From positions 186,001-250,000 of the IMG/VR virus record IMGVR_UViG_3300027770_000025: a stretch of 64,000 nt of DNA. One strand, 5' to 3'. The position numbers and the translations under genes are program-made. Of the stretch, positions 54,565-64,000 are shown one piece after another. Each line of letters opens with the position of its first letter. The first letter of the stretch is position 1. Below the pieces are notes generated by a model that had not been told where the DNA came from, did no database searches, and saw only the letters and a list, made by a program, of their open reading frames with translations.

Positions 54565-55113
54565 TTACTTGGCTTCAAGAACTATATCTAAATAGTTACA
54601 TTTAAAACCTAGATTAAATGTTGTATATGCAGGGTTATTGTTTGTGTAGTTTAGCTCTAATTCAGAGAAGGAAGTAAATAAAACCTCCTGAAATGTCACC
54701 GACATAACTATGTTACCCTCGTTGTCCATTATTCTTAGCGGAAGTGACTGGATAAAAACCTGATTACTAGCAAAATTAAGAAAATCTAAAACTGTATCGA
54801 GCATTATAAAATAGTTTATAAATCCATCAGCCATTTTAAAGATCATAGTAAATTCCTTAGAGAAAAGATCCTGTGTAGGTGTAGCACTCTTATAAGCTAT
54901 CTTTTTACCCAAGTTTCTAACCTGTTCTACAGAATCTATAGATAATCCAGGAAATCCCACTGATTGTATTGTGCTATTTACATATTGAGCAACATCATCA
55001 AACGGAATAGGTTGTTTCTTAATATAGTCTTCATACTTCTTAGTCACCCTTTCCGAAAAGAATCCCCTAGGAAAGTTGAAGTAAAAGCTATTTGATTTTG
55101 GATTAAGTAGCAT
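54565..55113 (-). CDS. Tail-tube-fold structural protein (gp19/gp54-like)
   Basis: Size and pattern (PGLSI..VEQ...FTMIF...L.Y...F...F..N) in the structural cluster. Confidence 0.55.
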   Translation of the reverse strand: MLLNPKSNSFYFNFPRGFFSERVTKKYEDYIKKQPIPFDDVAQYVNSTIQSVGFPGLSIDSVEQVRNLGKKIAYKSATPTQDLFSKEFTMIFKMADGFINYFIMLDTVLDFLNFASNQVFIQSLPLRIMDNEGNIVMSVTFQEVLFTSFSELELNYTNNNPAYTTFNLGFKCNYLDIVLEAK

Positions 55114-55121
55114 GCTTATCT

Positions 55122-57335
55122 TTATATATTACGTAATGTTGATGATTTAAGAATTCCGTCTGCAGCTTTTTTAAACTGAGCCCTAGTTAATCCAGGATAT
55201 TGGAGGTACCCAGGTTTACTTGGGCTTAAGAAGTAATCAACTATTGTTTGATCCGCCCATCCGCTATCATGAAATCCTAATATATGTGCAGATAAAGCAC
55301 TTATTAGAGCATCACCTTGCAATGCTGCGTTTATAGGATTTGTGCTGGGTACTGTATTTACTACCGGTGTACCGGCAGTACCACCGGATGCTGGGGTAAC
55401 CCCTTTAACTACACCTTGGGGTGCTGCTTCTGTCCTTTGGGGTGCTGGTACCCTGCTCGGTTTAACAGATTGAGCTCCAGTTGCTCCAGTTGCATCGGTA
55501 GGTAATGTTACAACCTCGAATTCTTTTTTCCAATATCCCCAGAATAAAACTGATGAGGATTCATTAGACACTGGGTTTTGTGATGTTAATGTTACCGGTG
55601 CTAATGTCAAACTTTTTTTTGGCTGAACCTCTGCATTAGACTGAGCAGTTACATTGCCGTTTATTATAAAGAATCTTCTATCAGTAAACTTAAGTATTTT
55701 AGTTGACTGTGTCTCATCCACCTTGAAAGCAAGCTCACCTAAAGCAGGTTTTGCTATATCATTATCAAGTAATGTAGGCACATAATTTTTATTTCCCGAA
55801 TTGTCCAGAAAAGCAATCTTATAAAGACCACTATTACTTAAATCTATTTCAACTGGTATACCATTAGGACCTGCTTTAACAAACTTAAATTTATAATAGT
55901 TATCAAAAGGGGAAATAGATATACTAAGTTTACCTGAGCCTAAAGCGGTAACATTTGAAGTTCCGTTATTTTGGGTTAGATTTCCGTTGGTAAAAGTTAG
56001 ATTTGCTGAAGTAGCGGTTACGTAGTTTTGTTGTATAAAAACATTGGTGTATCTAATAATTTCAATAGGAGGTGGTGACTCAGTGTTACTTGAACCTACA
56101 CTAATAGAAGAGGTGGAATAAACTCTGTTGTATATTTTCTGAACCTGAGGCAGATTTTGAAGCTTTATTGGTGTTATGGTTGTTCCCCACTGTGCAGGAT
56201 TATTAGAAGCATAGGATGATATTCTAATGACTCTACTTTGATCGACACTGTTTATTAATGACATTGTATATCTCAAAAAGAATGATGATGAATACGCTGC
56301 ATTTCTTACGATAGGTCTGTAGTAATTAGGCGAATCATAAGCAGTTGTTTGTGTTGACTCAAACCTAGATGTCTCGATTATAGCAGCTCCTATTTGTTCA
56401 AGAACTTCTATCTGATGGCTTATGTAATAGCTATTACCTATCGAGTTTTGAAAAAGAATAAAATCCTCCACAAATCCTTCATTATCTGTTGCATAATATT
56501 CAAAGAATTGACCTTTTGCTGATTCTTTTATAGTTGCCCCTATATTAGAGAAAGGATCTTCCTGCTCTAAAGAAAGAAGAGCAATTCTTGCAGAATCATA
56601 TCTCGAATACCCCTCAAAGTCAGTAGTACTTTGTACCTGCCACGCAGAGATTCTGATAGGTGCATCCGAAACGAAACCATCTCCGCTCTGGCTTATTAGT
56701 GAAGCTAAAGTTTGAGGTCTGAAGTAATCCGAAGCAGCAAGATACTTATAGTTCATATCTTTAAGATTCGGTATCTTAATCTCAAAGTATTTATCATAAA
56801 TATTCGAGCCTATGACTACAGGGTTAGGATTAAGCTCATAATCTTGTTCAGTTCCTTTCTTAAGTAGTATTTGAGAAGCAGTTACGTAATTTAAGTTCTG
56901 ATCTTGAAATTCTATTTTAAGTATTAAACCATCTATATTAGAAAGGTTATACCCAGCTCTAATGTGATATTTAATAGTGTCATAAATCACTAATAGGTTA
57001 GATGGAAATACTATTGGGAGATCTGCAGTATTAGTTAGCTTATCCGAATAATCGTTGAATGGAATTATTAGATTTGAATCTAAAGTAATAAAAGAGTTAG
57101 TACTAATTTGTACAACACTATTGCTTGCACTGTTGTGTGTTAAGTCATAGTCACCATTCGGGTTGAATATCTGTACAGCATTATCCTGATAACCATTGAT
57201 AAGTTTATCGTATCCTATTGTTGATGGTCCGCTGTTAACAAAGTGATCCTCTGGCTGCGGTTGATCAGCATACATGTACTCCATTAGGAGATACGGGGTA
57301 AGCTGAACGTATTTTGATGTTGTGCTGTAAGCCAT
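55122..57335 (-). CDS. Putative virion structural protein
   Basis: 737 aa, beta-rich, Ser/Thr/Asn-rich, in the tail cluster. Confidence 0.55.
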   Translation of the reverse strand: MAYSTTSKYVQLTPYLLMEYMYADQPQPEDHFVNSGPSTIGYDKLINGYQDNAVQIFNPNGDYDLTHNSASNSVVQISTNSFITLDSNLIIPFNDYSDKLTNTADLPIVFPSNLLVIYDTIKYHIRAGYNLSNIDGLILKIEFQDQNLNYVTASQILLKKGTEQDYELNPNPVVIGSNIYDKYFEIKIPNLKDMNYKYLAASDYFRPQTLASLISQSGDGFVSDAPIRISAWQVQSTTDFEGYSRYDSARIALLSLEQEDPFSNIGATIKESAKGQFFEYYATDNEGFVEDFILFQNSIGNSYYISHQIEVLEQIGAAIIETSRFESTQTTAYDSPNYYRPIVRNAAYSSSFFLRYTMSLINSVDQSRVIRISSYASNNPAQWGTTITPIKLQNLPQVQKIYNRVYSTSSISVGSSNTESPPPIEIIRYTNVFIQQNYVTATSANLTFTNGNLTQNNGTSNVTALGSGKLSISISPFDNYYKFKFVKAGPNGIPVEIDLSNSGLYKIAFLDNSGNKNYVPTLLDNDIAKPALGELAFKVDETQSTKILKFTDRRFFIINGNVTAQSNAEVQPKKSLTLAPVTLTSQNPVSNESSSVLFWGYWKKEFEVVTLPTDATGATGAQSVKPSRVPAPQRTEAAPQGVVKGVTPASGGTAGTPVVNTVPSTNPINAALQGDALISALSAHILGFHDSGWADQTIVDYFLSPSKPGYLQYPGLTRAQFKKAADGILKSSTLRNI

Positions 57336-57346
57336 TTAATTTTAAA

Positions 57347-58192
57347 TTATTTTCCGAATTGTAAAAATCTTGGTGAATAGTGAACCCCAAATCCGATATA
57401 AAATCCAGGAGAAAGTCCAACAGATGATCCAGAAATACCGTATCCAAGCTGAACCCCAAGTCCAAATTCTTTTCTAGCTGCTTTTAAAGCCTTTCTAGTA
57501 TCTGCATTATCTGTAATGTCGAAAGAGTTAATGTCATTAAAAGTTAAACCTGGATAGGTTGTGGTTACCCTTGTCATCATTCTTTTAGTTTTTGGATCTC
57601 TGTATATTCCTGTTGTGATATCTATATTTTGTTCTAGATTCAAAGAAGTAAGACCAGGTAAAATTGTAGCTATGTATTTGGTTGAATCTAAAGGATCCAC
57701 ATTAAGACCTATTGTATATGGGGTTTTTCCTGATATCATCAATCTATTTTTTCCTGTCATAATTGGATTATGAAGGAAATTAATTGATTCTTCTCCATTA
57801 GGATCCTTAACAATTGTTGATACTATCTTAACACTATCCCTAATCTCGGTAACGATATTTATTACTGAGTTTGGGGTGTTTCCTCTTCCGCTAGATTTTA
57901 AACCTAACTGATATATCAGCTCTTTTTGATTTTTAGAAAGCTCAGAAGCTTTTAGCTCGTAAGCTGATTTTTCCTGAATCAAATGCCCATTCTCGCTCTT
58001 AATAGTTCTTACACTATCTAAAGATGCGAGATAGTTATTGTGATCTCTCTTAGCTTCTGCCTCTATGTGAGATATTTGCCCGCATTGTTTTAAAAACAGC
58101 AAGATCATAATAATGATAACAGCAAGCATCATAAATCTGCTGCTTAATACCGAAGATACTTCGGATAGTGTATCCTTATTTAATAATTTCAT
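57347..58192 (-). CDS. Membrane-anchored coiled-coil protein with C-terminal Gly/aromatic beta strands (spanin-like candidate)
   Basis: N-term TM, coiled coil, FGLGVQLGYG...FYIGFGVHY. Confidence 0.5.
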   Translation of the reverse strand: MKLLNKDTLSEVSSVLSSRFMMLAVIIIMILLFLKQCGQISHIEAEAKRDHNNYLASLDSVRTIKSENGHLIQEKSAYELKASELSKNQKELIYQLGLKSSGRGNTPNSVINIVTEIRDSVKIVSTIVKDPNGEESINFLHNPIMTGKNRLMISGKTPYTIGLNVDPLDSTKYIATILPGLTSLNLEQNIDITTGIYRDPKTKRMMTRVTTTYPGLTFNDINSFDITDNADTRKALKAARKEFGLGVQLGYGISGSSVGLSPGFYIGFGVHYSPRFLQFGK

Positions 58193-58439
58193 ATATAACT
58201 TCTTTTTTCCATTTTAGACCCATAGGATCCAGTTGTCCTTCCCCATATTTTTCTGCTAACGAATCAGAAAAGTACTTCTCTCTTTCCCTGCATTCTTCAA
58301 GTTCTTGAATTAATTCGGAAGATCTGATCTCCATCTTCTTGATTGTTTCCTCTACTGTCATTATTTCACCATGGATTCTGATAAACTCCTGGGAAATACT
58401 TAAAACATCTTCTTTTTCTTTTTTAGTTAGTTCTGTCAT
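58176..58439 (-). CDS. Coiled-coil hypothetical protein
   Basis: ORF track. Confidence 0.6.
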   Translation of the reverse strand: MTELTKKEKEDVLSISQEFIRIHGEIMTVEETIKKMEIRSSELIQELEECREREKYFSDSLAEKYGEGQLDPMGLKWKKEVIYEIIK

Positions 58440-58457
58440 TTTATTTTATTTTTTAGT

Positions 58458-60206
58458 TTAATTCTGGACTTGCCCTGTAATTACTACAGAAGCAGCACCA
58501 GAGGCAACATAAGTAGTAACTATACTTCCTACACTAGCATAATTAGTCAATGATATGTATCCGCTAATTCCATCACACGTTTTCCAAAATACCCTAGGAT
58601 TTGCGTTAGTTGTACTAGCTATGCCCAAAAAAGTTAAATCAACATATAAACACTCCGTAGGGTAAGTGTTCAAAGAAGGTTGGTATCTAAATCTCATGTA
58701 ATATGGGATTGATGATATAGTGGATCCCCCGCCCTTAGCTGAATTGAAACTAAAGTAATTATATACTAATCCAGCTATTTTATATGATTGAGAATTACTA
58801 ATATCATTCAAGAATATTCTATATGTGTTGGTATATCCAGTATTATAAAGTCCATCCACATTTTGATCATATGAAGTAGGAATTCTAAGGAAAACCTCAT
58901 TGGCAGCTGGTAGGTTATATGAAGTAGGCGTAATTAATATCATATTGCTGTCCCAAAGAGAAACAGGAGTTAAATCCATTACGTTATAAACAGTTTCCGA
59001 AGTTGTCGTGGTTGCTGACAAATATCTTGCGCTCAGCGTAATAGTCGAAGATCTAACCTCCCTTACTCTCTTAACTGGATAAAGATAAGGACCTCCTGTA
59101 GCTCCAGCAGCCTGTCCCCCTGTAGATCCGAACGTGGTCTGTATATGTTTTCCCGAAGAAACCGACCCTCTAGCTTTAGCAGAGAATATTGGTGCGTTTT
59201 TAAGATCAAAAAATTCAAAAGCAGAATCCTGAGTGCTAGAAGCTAGAATTGATATCCCTGCTGTTGATGTAGATACCCCCGAAGGGTTATTCTTAGTAGC
59301 ATCAAAAACTGTTTGCCCGGCATAAAAGTAAGTATTAGACTGTACTTTTATAGGTATTCTTGAGGATAAACTTGTAGAAGAAAGAGTTAGGTTAGAAGAA
59401 GCTATCGAAAGATTTCCACCAACCCCAATAGTTGTATTTGAGTATAAATAAAAATTACCGGTTCCCCCTATATTAATATTCTGAACGGAGCTTATCTCTG
59501 CGTTATCTCCATATAATATAGATCTTGCGGTATATGAGTCTATAGTAATCCCATCTCTAGAAGATATCTCAAGACTACCTGTAGAATAATATCTCAATGA
59601 AGCTGAATTACCCCCTGTTCTCCAATAGAAACCAGGTACTCCCGTTGAGGTTGCTCCTGTTTTAGAGAAAGTTAATATAGGCCTGGTTATCTGATCTTCA
59701 GTAGAAATTAATAACTTGCTTCTATTTGGATTTATTCCTGTGATTGTGGTATAATCATCTCCTATAACTAAAGACGTGTTAAACGCACTTAAATTAGAAT
59801 TTATGCCTACCACATACTTGTCTGTTACCCCAGCAGGTCCTACTATACCTCCATATATGGAAAAGTACGTAGAAGTAAATAACGAATATCCTGTATATGA
59901 CCAGGAACCTCCAGTACCTAAGGTGCTTATCTGATAGTCACTAGTATTAGAATCTATCCACATATCGAAAGCATTACCTGAGGTTGGCTGGTCATCCATC
60001 TTAGACCAAAGGGTACCTCTTAAACCAGTAGCTCCAGTAGCTCCTTTTTTTCCTGAAGGCCCATCATATCCTGCTGGACCCTTAAGTCCTTGCTTCCCAT
60101 TAGGTCCAACAGCAAAGGAAAGTATCTGGTCAAAATTATAATTGATCTTTCTTTTTATCACTGAAGCTGAATCACCAGCAAAAATATATTTAGTATTAAA
60201 GTGCAT
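58458..60206 (-). CDS. Tail fibre/baseplate-type protein with short collagen segment (paralog 1)
   Basis: INYNFDQI, G-X-Y run, RGTLW, DMWIDS. Confidence 0.65.
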   Translation of the reverse strand: MHFNTKYIFAGDSASVIKRKINYNFDQILSFAVGPNGKQGLKGPAGYDGPSGKKGATGATGLRGTLWSKMDDQPTSGNAFDMWIDSNTSDYQISTLGTGGSWSYTGYSLFTSTYFSIYGGIVGPAGVTDKYVVGINSNLSAFNTSLVIGDDYTTITGINPNRSKLLISTEDQITRPILTFSKTGATSTGVPGFYWRTGGNSASLRYYSTGSLEISSRDGITIDSYTARSILYGDNAEISSVQNINIGGTGNFYLYSNTTIGVGGNLSIASSNLTLSSTSLSSRIPIKVQSNTYFYAGQTVFDATKNNPSGVSTSTAGISILASSTQDSAFEFFDLKNAPIFSAKARGSVSSGKHIQTTFGSTGGQAAGATGGPYLYPVKRVREVRSSTITLSARYLSATTTTSETVYNVMDLTPVSLWDSNMILITPTSYNLPAANEVFLRIPTSYDQNVDGLYNTGYTNTYRIFLNDISNSQSYKIAGLVYNYFSFNSAKGGGSTISSIPYYMRFRYQPSLNTYPTECLYVDLTFLGIASTTNANPRVFWKTCDGISGYISLTNYASVGSIVTTYVASGAASVVITGQVQN

Positions 60207-60209
60207 ATT

Positions 60210-61925
60210 TTAAATTGCTATTGAACTTGCTGTGTACATTACCCCGCAATGATTTCCTACTATATTACCCCCATATGCGCTATAATAAACTTTGAACCAT
60301 CTACGACTAGCAGAGGTAGCTCCAGTTCCCGCTATGTTCATTATGGTAAAATCTATGTGAGATGCTCCGACTCCATCGGTAGATGTTAAATCTATAGCTT
60401 GGGAGGAACCATACGGAGCATATGGTGCGACTGTAAAAGTATTAGATGTATTTAATCCCAGAAATCTAATAAATTTGCTTTCTGAATCAGTCCTAACTCT
60501 GAAGTTGATTGCCTCGTGATCATTAAGCATATTAAGCCATCCTCCATTATTATCAACGCCACTTCCGCCTGTTGCAGGTGTCCATAGACAAATACCTACG
60601 GTGTTACTAGGTCCATATACGGAAGGCCTAATAACAAAATCAGTTCCGTTGTTAGAGCTTATTCTTTGACTTGCTGTACCCCCCGCACCAGCATAGATTG
60701 CTCCTGGTATTGCTGTATACCACTGAACCGAAACAGTAGGCCCTGTTATATTGGTGTTTCCAGTTACCGTTGGGGTAACAGTTTGAGCAGGTTGTATTGA
60801 ATTAATCCTTTTGTTATACCAAACTTCCCCATTAGCTTTAACATCAAATATAACTTCACTTGATGTATAAGCTAGGAATAATCGAGAAACCCTGCTAGAT
60901 GCTACATTTGACTGGTATCTTAAATTTCCCTGATTTGATCTCGTGCTTTCTATCCAAAGCGGGGGGAGAGAGGTATTTAACGGATTAGTAAAATCAAAAG
61001 CAATAGGCATTTCAAATACATTTGCTCCAAATCCAAGATTTACAGCAGCATAGCTTATGTTTCTATTAGATAGTAATAGTGCTCCCGATGCTGTATGATT
61101 TAGTATGAAATTACCGCTCGTTGTTACGGAAAGTCCTTGACTTCCTGTTAGGTTTAAATTAAAACCGGTAGATCTATATCTTGAATTATTGCCTCCATTA
61201 GCAGTGGTCGAAAGCTTTAATTGGCCAAAGGGGATATCAAAAAATAACGAATCGCCATTTTTCCAAGAGAGCCCATATTTCAAAGATGTCGTTGCAGTTG
61301 TAGTCCAGTAAAATCTAGGGGTCTTTGTGTTAAATGATGTAGCTGTTGAATAGATACCCTTGGTAAATTCCATCAGATTTTTTCCAGTAGCTCCGCCGTT
61401 TATTGCGATGACAGCCTTAGAATATTGTGGGTTTGCAATTCCAGTAGCACCTACTGATGATAATGAATTGTCGCTAAGTACTAACGTGTAGTTGTAGGGA
61501 TTCGTTGAAGTTAACACGTATCCGTTATATGTTGAATTTCCTGCAGATGTTGGTATATTCGGATAAACCCTAAATAGGTCCTGTGAAAGCATTCCAAATC
61601 CATATTGGTTCCATCCCGAAGAAGAAAATTGATAAATCGGATTACCTAATCCTGTTCTTGTATTTAACCAGAAATCATTATTAATATAGCCAGTTAATCC
61701 AGGATCAGTAGCTCCTATGGTCCAAATGCTACCCCTACTCCCCATGTCACCATAAGAACCAACTGGACCAGCTTGTCCCTGTATACCATCAGGTCCTTGC
61801 TGTCCTATCTTTCCGTAAGGCCCCCCTCCGAAAGTTAGAACATCAGAAAAATTAGAGTTGATCTTATCAACAAAAACTTTTTGATTGTCTCCTTCTTGTA
61901 TTCTTAGTAATTTTAAATCTGGCAT
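60210..61925 (-). CDS. Tail fibre/baseplate-type protein with short collagen segment (paralog 2)
   Basis: INSNFSDV, G-X-Y run, RGSIW, DFWLNT. Confidence 0.65.
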   Translation of the reverse strand: MPDLKLLRIQEGDNQKVFVDKINSNFSDVLTFGGGPYGKIGQQGPDGIQGQAGPVGSYGDMGSRGSIWTIGATDPGLTGYINNDFWLNTRTGLGNPIYQFSSSGWNQYGFGMLSQDLFRVYPNIPTSAGNSTYNGYVLTSTNPYNYTLVLSDNSLSSVGATGIANPQYSKAVIAINGGATGKNLMEFTKGIYSTATSFNTKTPRFYWTTTATTSLKYGLSWKNGDSLFFDIPFGQLKLSTTANGGNNSRYRSTGFNLNLTGSQGLSVTTSGNFILNHTASGALLLSNRNISYAAVNLGFGANVFEMPIAFDFTNPLNTSLPPLWIESTRSNQGNLRYQSNVASSRVSRLFLAYTSSEVIFDVKANGEVWYNKRINSIQPAQTVTPTVTGNTNITGPTVSVQWYTAIPGAIYAGAGGTASQRISSNNGTDFVIRPSVYGPSNTVGICLWTPATGGSGVDNNGGWLNMLNDHEAINFRVRTDSESKFIRFLGLNTSNTFTVAPYAPYGSSQAIDLTSTDGVGASHIDFTIMNIAGTGATSASRRWFKVYYSAYGGNIVGNHCGVMYTASSIAI

Positions 61926-61960
61926 TTTTTCTACGGGATCTTAATAAGTTATTGTATATA

Positions 61961-63514
61961 TCAATAAGTGAAAGATCCCCCGGAACCTCCAGTAGATCCT
62001 ATGGCACCACTTGATGACCAAGGTGCATAAGCACGATAGTAAACCGTAGTAACCCCAGTTCCGGTAACCCCTCTGGCAATAGTAAGATCCACTGTTGGTG
62101 ATAGGAATGGCAAGGTTACCTTGGTTACACAAGAAGCTGAAGCCCCCGTGCCCACCCCTATAAACTTGAAACCTGAAGCTGATGTTGTTGGAGAATCTGA
62201 GCTATTGTGAACTGTTATGTCAATCGATTCACCCATTTGAAGTCCTCCAGATCCGCCCCATCCTAAATTAGAGTCATTATATAGCCCAAGACCAACATGC
62301 TGTCCTGAAACTATAGCTGGATTTATTATCATGGTATTTCCGTTATTTAAAGGAGATCCTAGCGTTGCAGAAGTTCTAGAAATAAAATACCAATTTATTG
62401 CAGTAGCTCCGGAATAACCAACAGTTCTCTGAGTAGTAGACGGATATGATATACCCTCGACTGTTTTATTCATTTTAAGCTTTCCCTTAGTTGAAAGCCA
62501 AACTTGCTTTCCTGTAGAGTTCACTAGTTCCAAATGATAAGTAAATTGGGAAATCGTACTATATGTGTCACCTATTCTGGTTGATCTAAATCCAGCTGTT
62601 CCGGATGGGGTTATCTGTGTGTGGGGAGATGCAGATGCTACTGTTGCTATTGATCTAATAGGATCAAGAAAGCCTCCGGATACTCCGGATATATTAAGAT
62701 ACTTACTTGTTACATTAAGCTGCCCAGTTAAATTGATATTATATCCGCCTGTTGCATATATTCCTGATGTCGAGTCTACTCCGTAGTTTATATCGGTACC
62801 TTTTTGTGATTCCATTCTCAAAGATGAAAACCTCGATTCAAATCCCCCGGAAACCCCAATATCTAAAGTACCACCAGGGACTCTTATACCTAATGAATTG
62901 TCGGTTGGTATAGTAGAAGGCCAATAAAAATATGGATGTTGTATATAATCGGTCACACTTCCATCTGCTACATCACTTCTAGAAAATTCTAAAAGTGGGG
63001 AATCATTTACAGCTGAATCGTTGGAAATAGAGAATTTAGAAAGCAATTCATTTATAACACCATTCTCAGGTGTAACATCGCTTAGTATAAACAGATAGTT
63101 CTTAGGTAATGTCTGAGCCATTTGTATAGCAGCACCAGTTCCCCCGTTATATGTAAAATCGTCTATTCTGAATAGATCTCCACCCGATCTTATATTATAT
63201 CCCGTTGGGTTCCACCCAGTTAACTCGAGGGTGTATATGTTACTGGTTATCGAGTCTATCCAATAATCCCCCTCCTGAGCGGATCCAGCAGGAGCTAAGG
63301 AAGAAACAAACCATCTAGTTCCTCTCGCACCATCTAATCCAGTATGGCCAAAAGTTCCAGAATCACCTATTGCTCCTCTGTCACCAGTAGGACCTACCGT
63401 ACCCTGAGTTCCCCCGTGTAGCTCCACTGTTTCGTCGAAGTTATTATTCAGCTTATTTATCAGTTGACTTTGGTTGTCGCTGTAGCTTAAGGCCTGTATA
63501 TTAGTATTTGGCAT
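61961..63514 (-). CDS. Tail fibre/baseplate-type protein with short collagen segment (paralog 3)
   Basis: LNNNFDET, G-X-Y run, RGTRW, DYWIDS. Confidence 0.65.
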   Translation of the reverse strand: MPNTNIQALSYSDNQSQLINKLNNNFDETVELHGGTQGTVGPTGDRGAIGDSGTFGHTGLDGARGTRWFVSSLAPAGSAQEGDYWIDSITSNIYTLELTGWNPTGYNIRSGGDLFRIDDFTYNGGTGAAIQMAQTLPKNYLFILSDVTPENGVINELLSKFSISNDSAVNDSPLLEFSRSDVADGSVTDYIQHPYFYWPSTIPTDNSLGIRVPGGTLDIGVSGGFESRFSSLRMESQKGTDINYGVDSTSGIYATGGYNINLTGQLNVTSKYLNISGVSGGFLDPIRSIATVASASPHTQITPSGTAGFRSTRIGDTYSTISQFTYHLELVNSTGKQVWLSTKGKLKMNKTVEGISYPSTTQRTVGYSGATAINWYFISRTSATLGSPLNNGNTMIINPAIVSGQHVGLGLYNDSNLGWGGSGGLQMGESIDITVHNSSDSPTTSASGFKFIGVGTGASASCVTKVTLPFLSPTVDLTIARGVTGTGVTTVYYRAYAPWSSSGAIGSTGGSGGSFTY

Positions 63515-63517
63515 TTT

Positions 63518-64000
63518 TTATATCTTAGCTATTCTTATGTTAAACATTAAAGAGTAATAAAAACCAACTTCTGTTGGATATTCAAACTCGTATATTAAAT
63601 TAGTAATCGGTGTTAATTTATAGTTGTTATTTATAAAATATTCCAATTTATATCTATCGGTAGCAAATAGATCACCTCTAACTATTTCAAGGTTAGGTAT
63701 TGTTGAGTTTGCGATTTTCTTAACATAAAGATCAAATAAGTCACCTCTGTATATAGGGGCAACGTTTAAATCTATATAAGTGTTGATATCGTCATTTATT
63801 GATAAAGGATTGCCTACGCCAAACTGGGATATCATATTATCAATAAAGACTTTTTTTACCCCTGAATTTAACAGGTATCTTCTGAGTATTCTATCTAATC
63901 TTATTATACCTTTTATATTTCCCTGACCCGATCTATCTGAAAAATTCTGCCAAATAACTTCTGCGTTAGTGAATATTTTAAGATCTAGCTTATCGTAATC
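63518..64000 (-). CDS. C-terminal part of a gene truncated by the window edge (probably structural)
   Basis: Frame is open from 64000 (DYDKLDLKIF...) through the ORF-track Met at 63835. Confidence 0.75.
   Translation of the reverse strand, partial: DYDKLDLKIFTNAEVIWQNFSDRSGQGNIKGIIRLDRILRRYLLNSGVKKVFIDNMISQFGVGNPLSINDDINTYIDLNVAPIYRGDLFDLYVKKIANSTIPNLEIVRGDLFATDRYKLEYFINNNYKLTPITNLIYEFEYPTEVGFYYSLMFNIRIAKI

Noticed and set aside
756-55505. Most plus-strand ORF-track entries (e.g. 756..1115, 1030..1374, 6419..6733, 27028..27438, 46481..46939, 54384..54605)
   Set aside because: They are antisense shadows of well-supported minus-strand genes and have no motifs

Overview
A 64-kb segment of a large AT-rich T4-like (jumbo myovirus-type) phage genome. 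Nearly all genes are on the minus strand, the standard genetic code applies, and genes are cut at both window edges. The host is probably Bacteroidota, based on A-rich translation starts without Shine-Dalgarno sites, TAnnTTTG promoter boxes, and Hc1-like and DUF4494-like genes. Core genes cover replication and recombination (family-B DNA polymerase split into two genes ~16 kb apart, clamp, primase, gp32, UvsW/UvsY, RuvC-like, topoisomerase II A/B), nucleotide metabolism (NrdAB, Adk, gp56-like dCTPase/dUTPase), repair (UvsE, Fpg/Nei, MBD4-like), DnaK/DnaJ, several glycosyltransferases, a tmRNA and a tail-region cluster. The most notable observations are these. (1) A candidate cytosine-modification pathway: a thymidylate-synthase-fold enzyme with the dCMP-type Asp, plus gp56, a glycosyltransferase between Pol and clamp, an MBD4-like glycosylase and a T5 A1-like nuclease. 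(2) A two-gene module with three nucleotidyl-transfer active sites: an RNA ligase fused to a HIGH nucleotidyltransferase, next to a Pol-beta-type nucleotidyltransferase. (3) A capsid-targeting-like N-terminal motif on many unrelated proteins, co-occurring with a GATATATA putative late promoter. (4) A gene enclosed by a 23-nt inverted repeat, with a structured leader. (5) A tmRNA with a 25-aa tag. (6) An RNase HII broken at its active site. (7) A GT4 domain fused to a BAHT-type heptosyltransferase. All calls come from motif recognition by eye; no database search was run.
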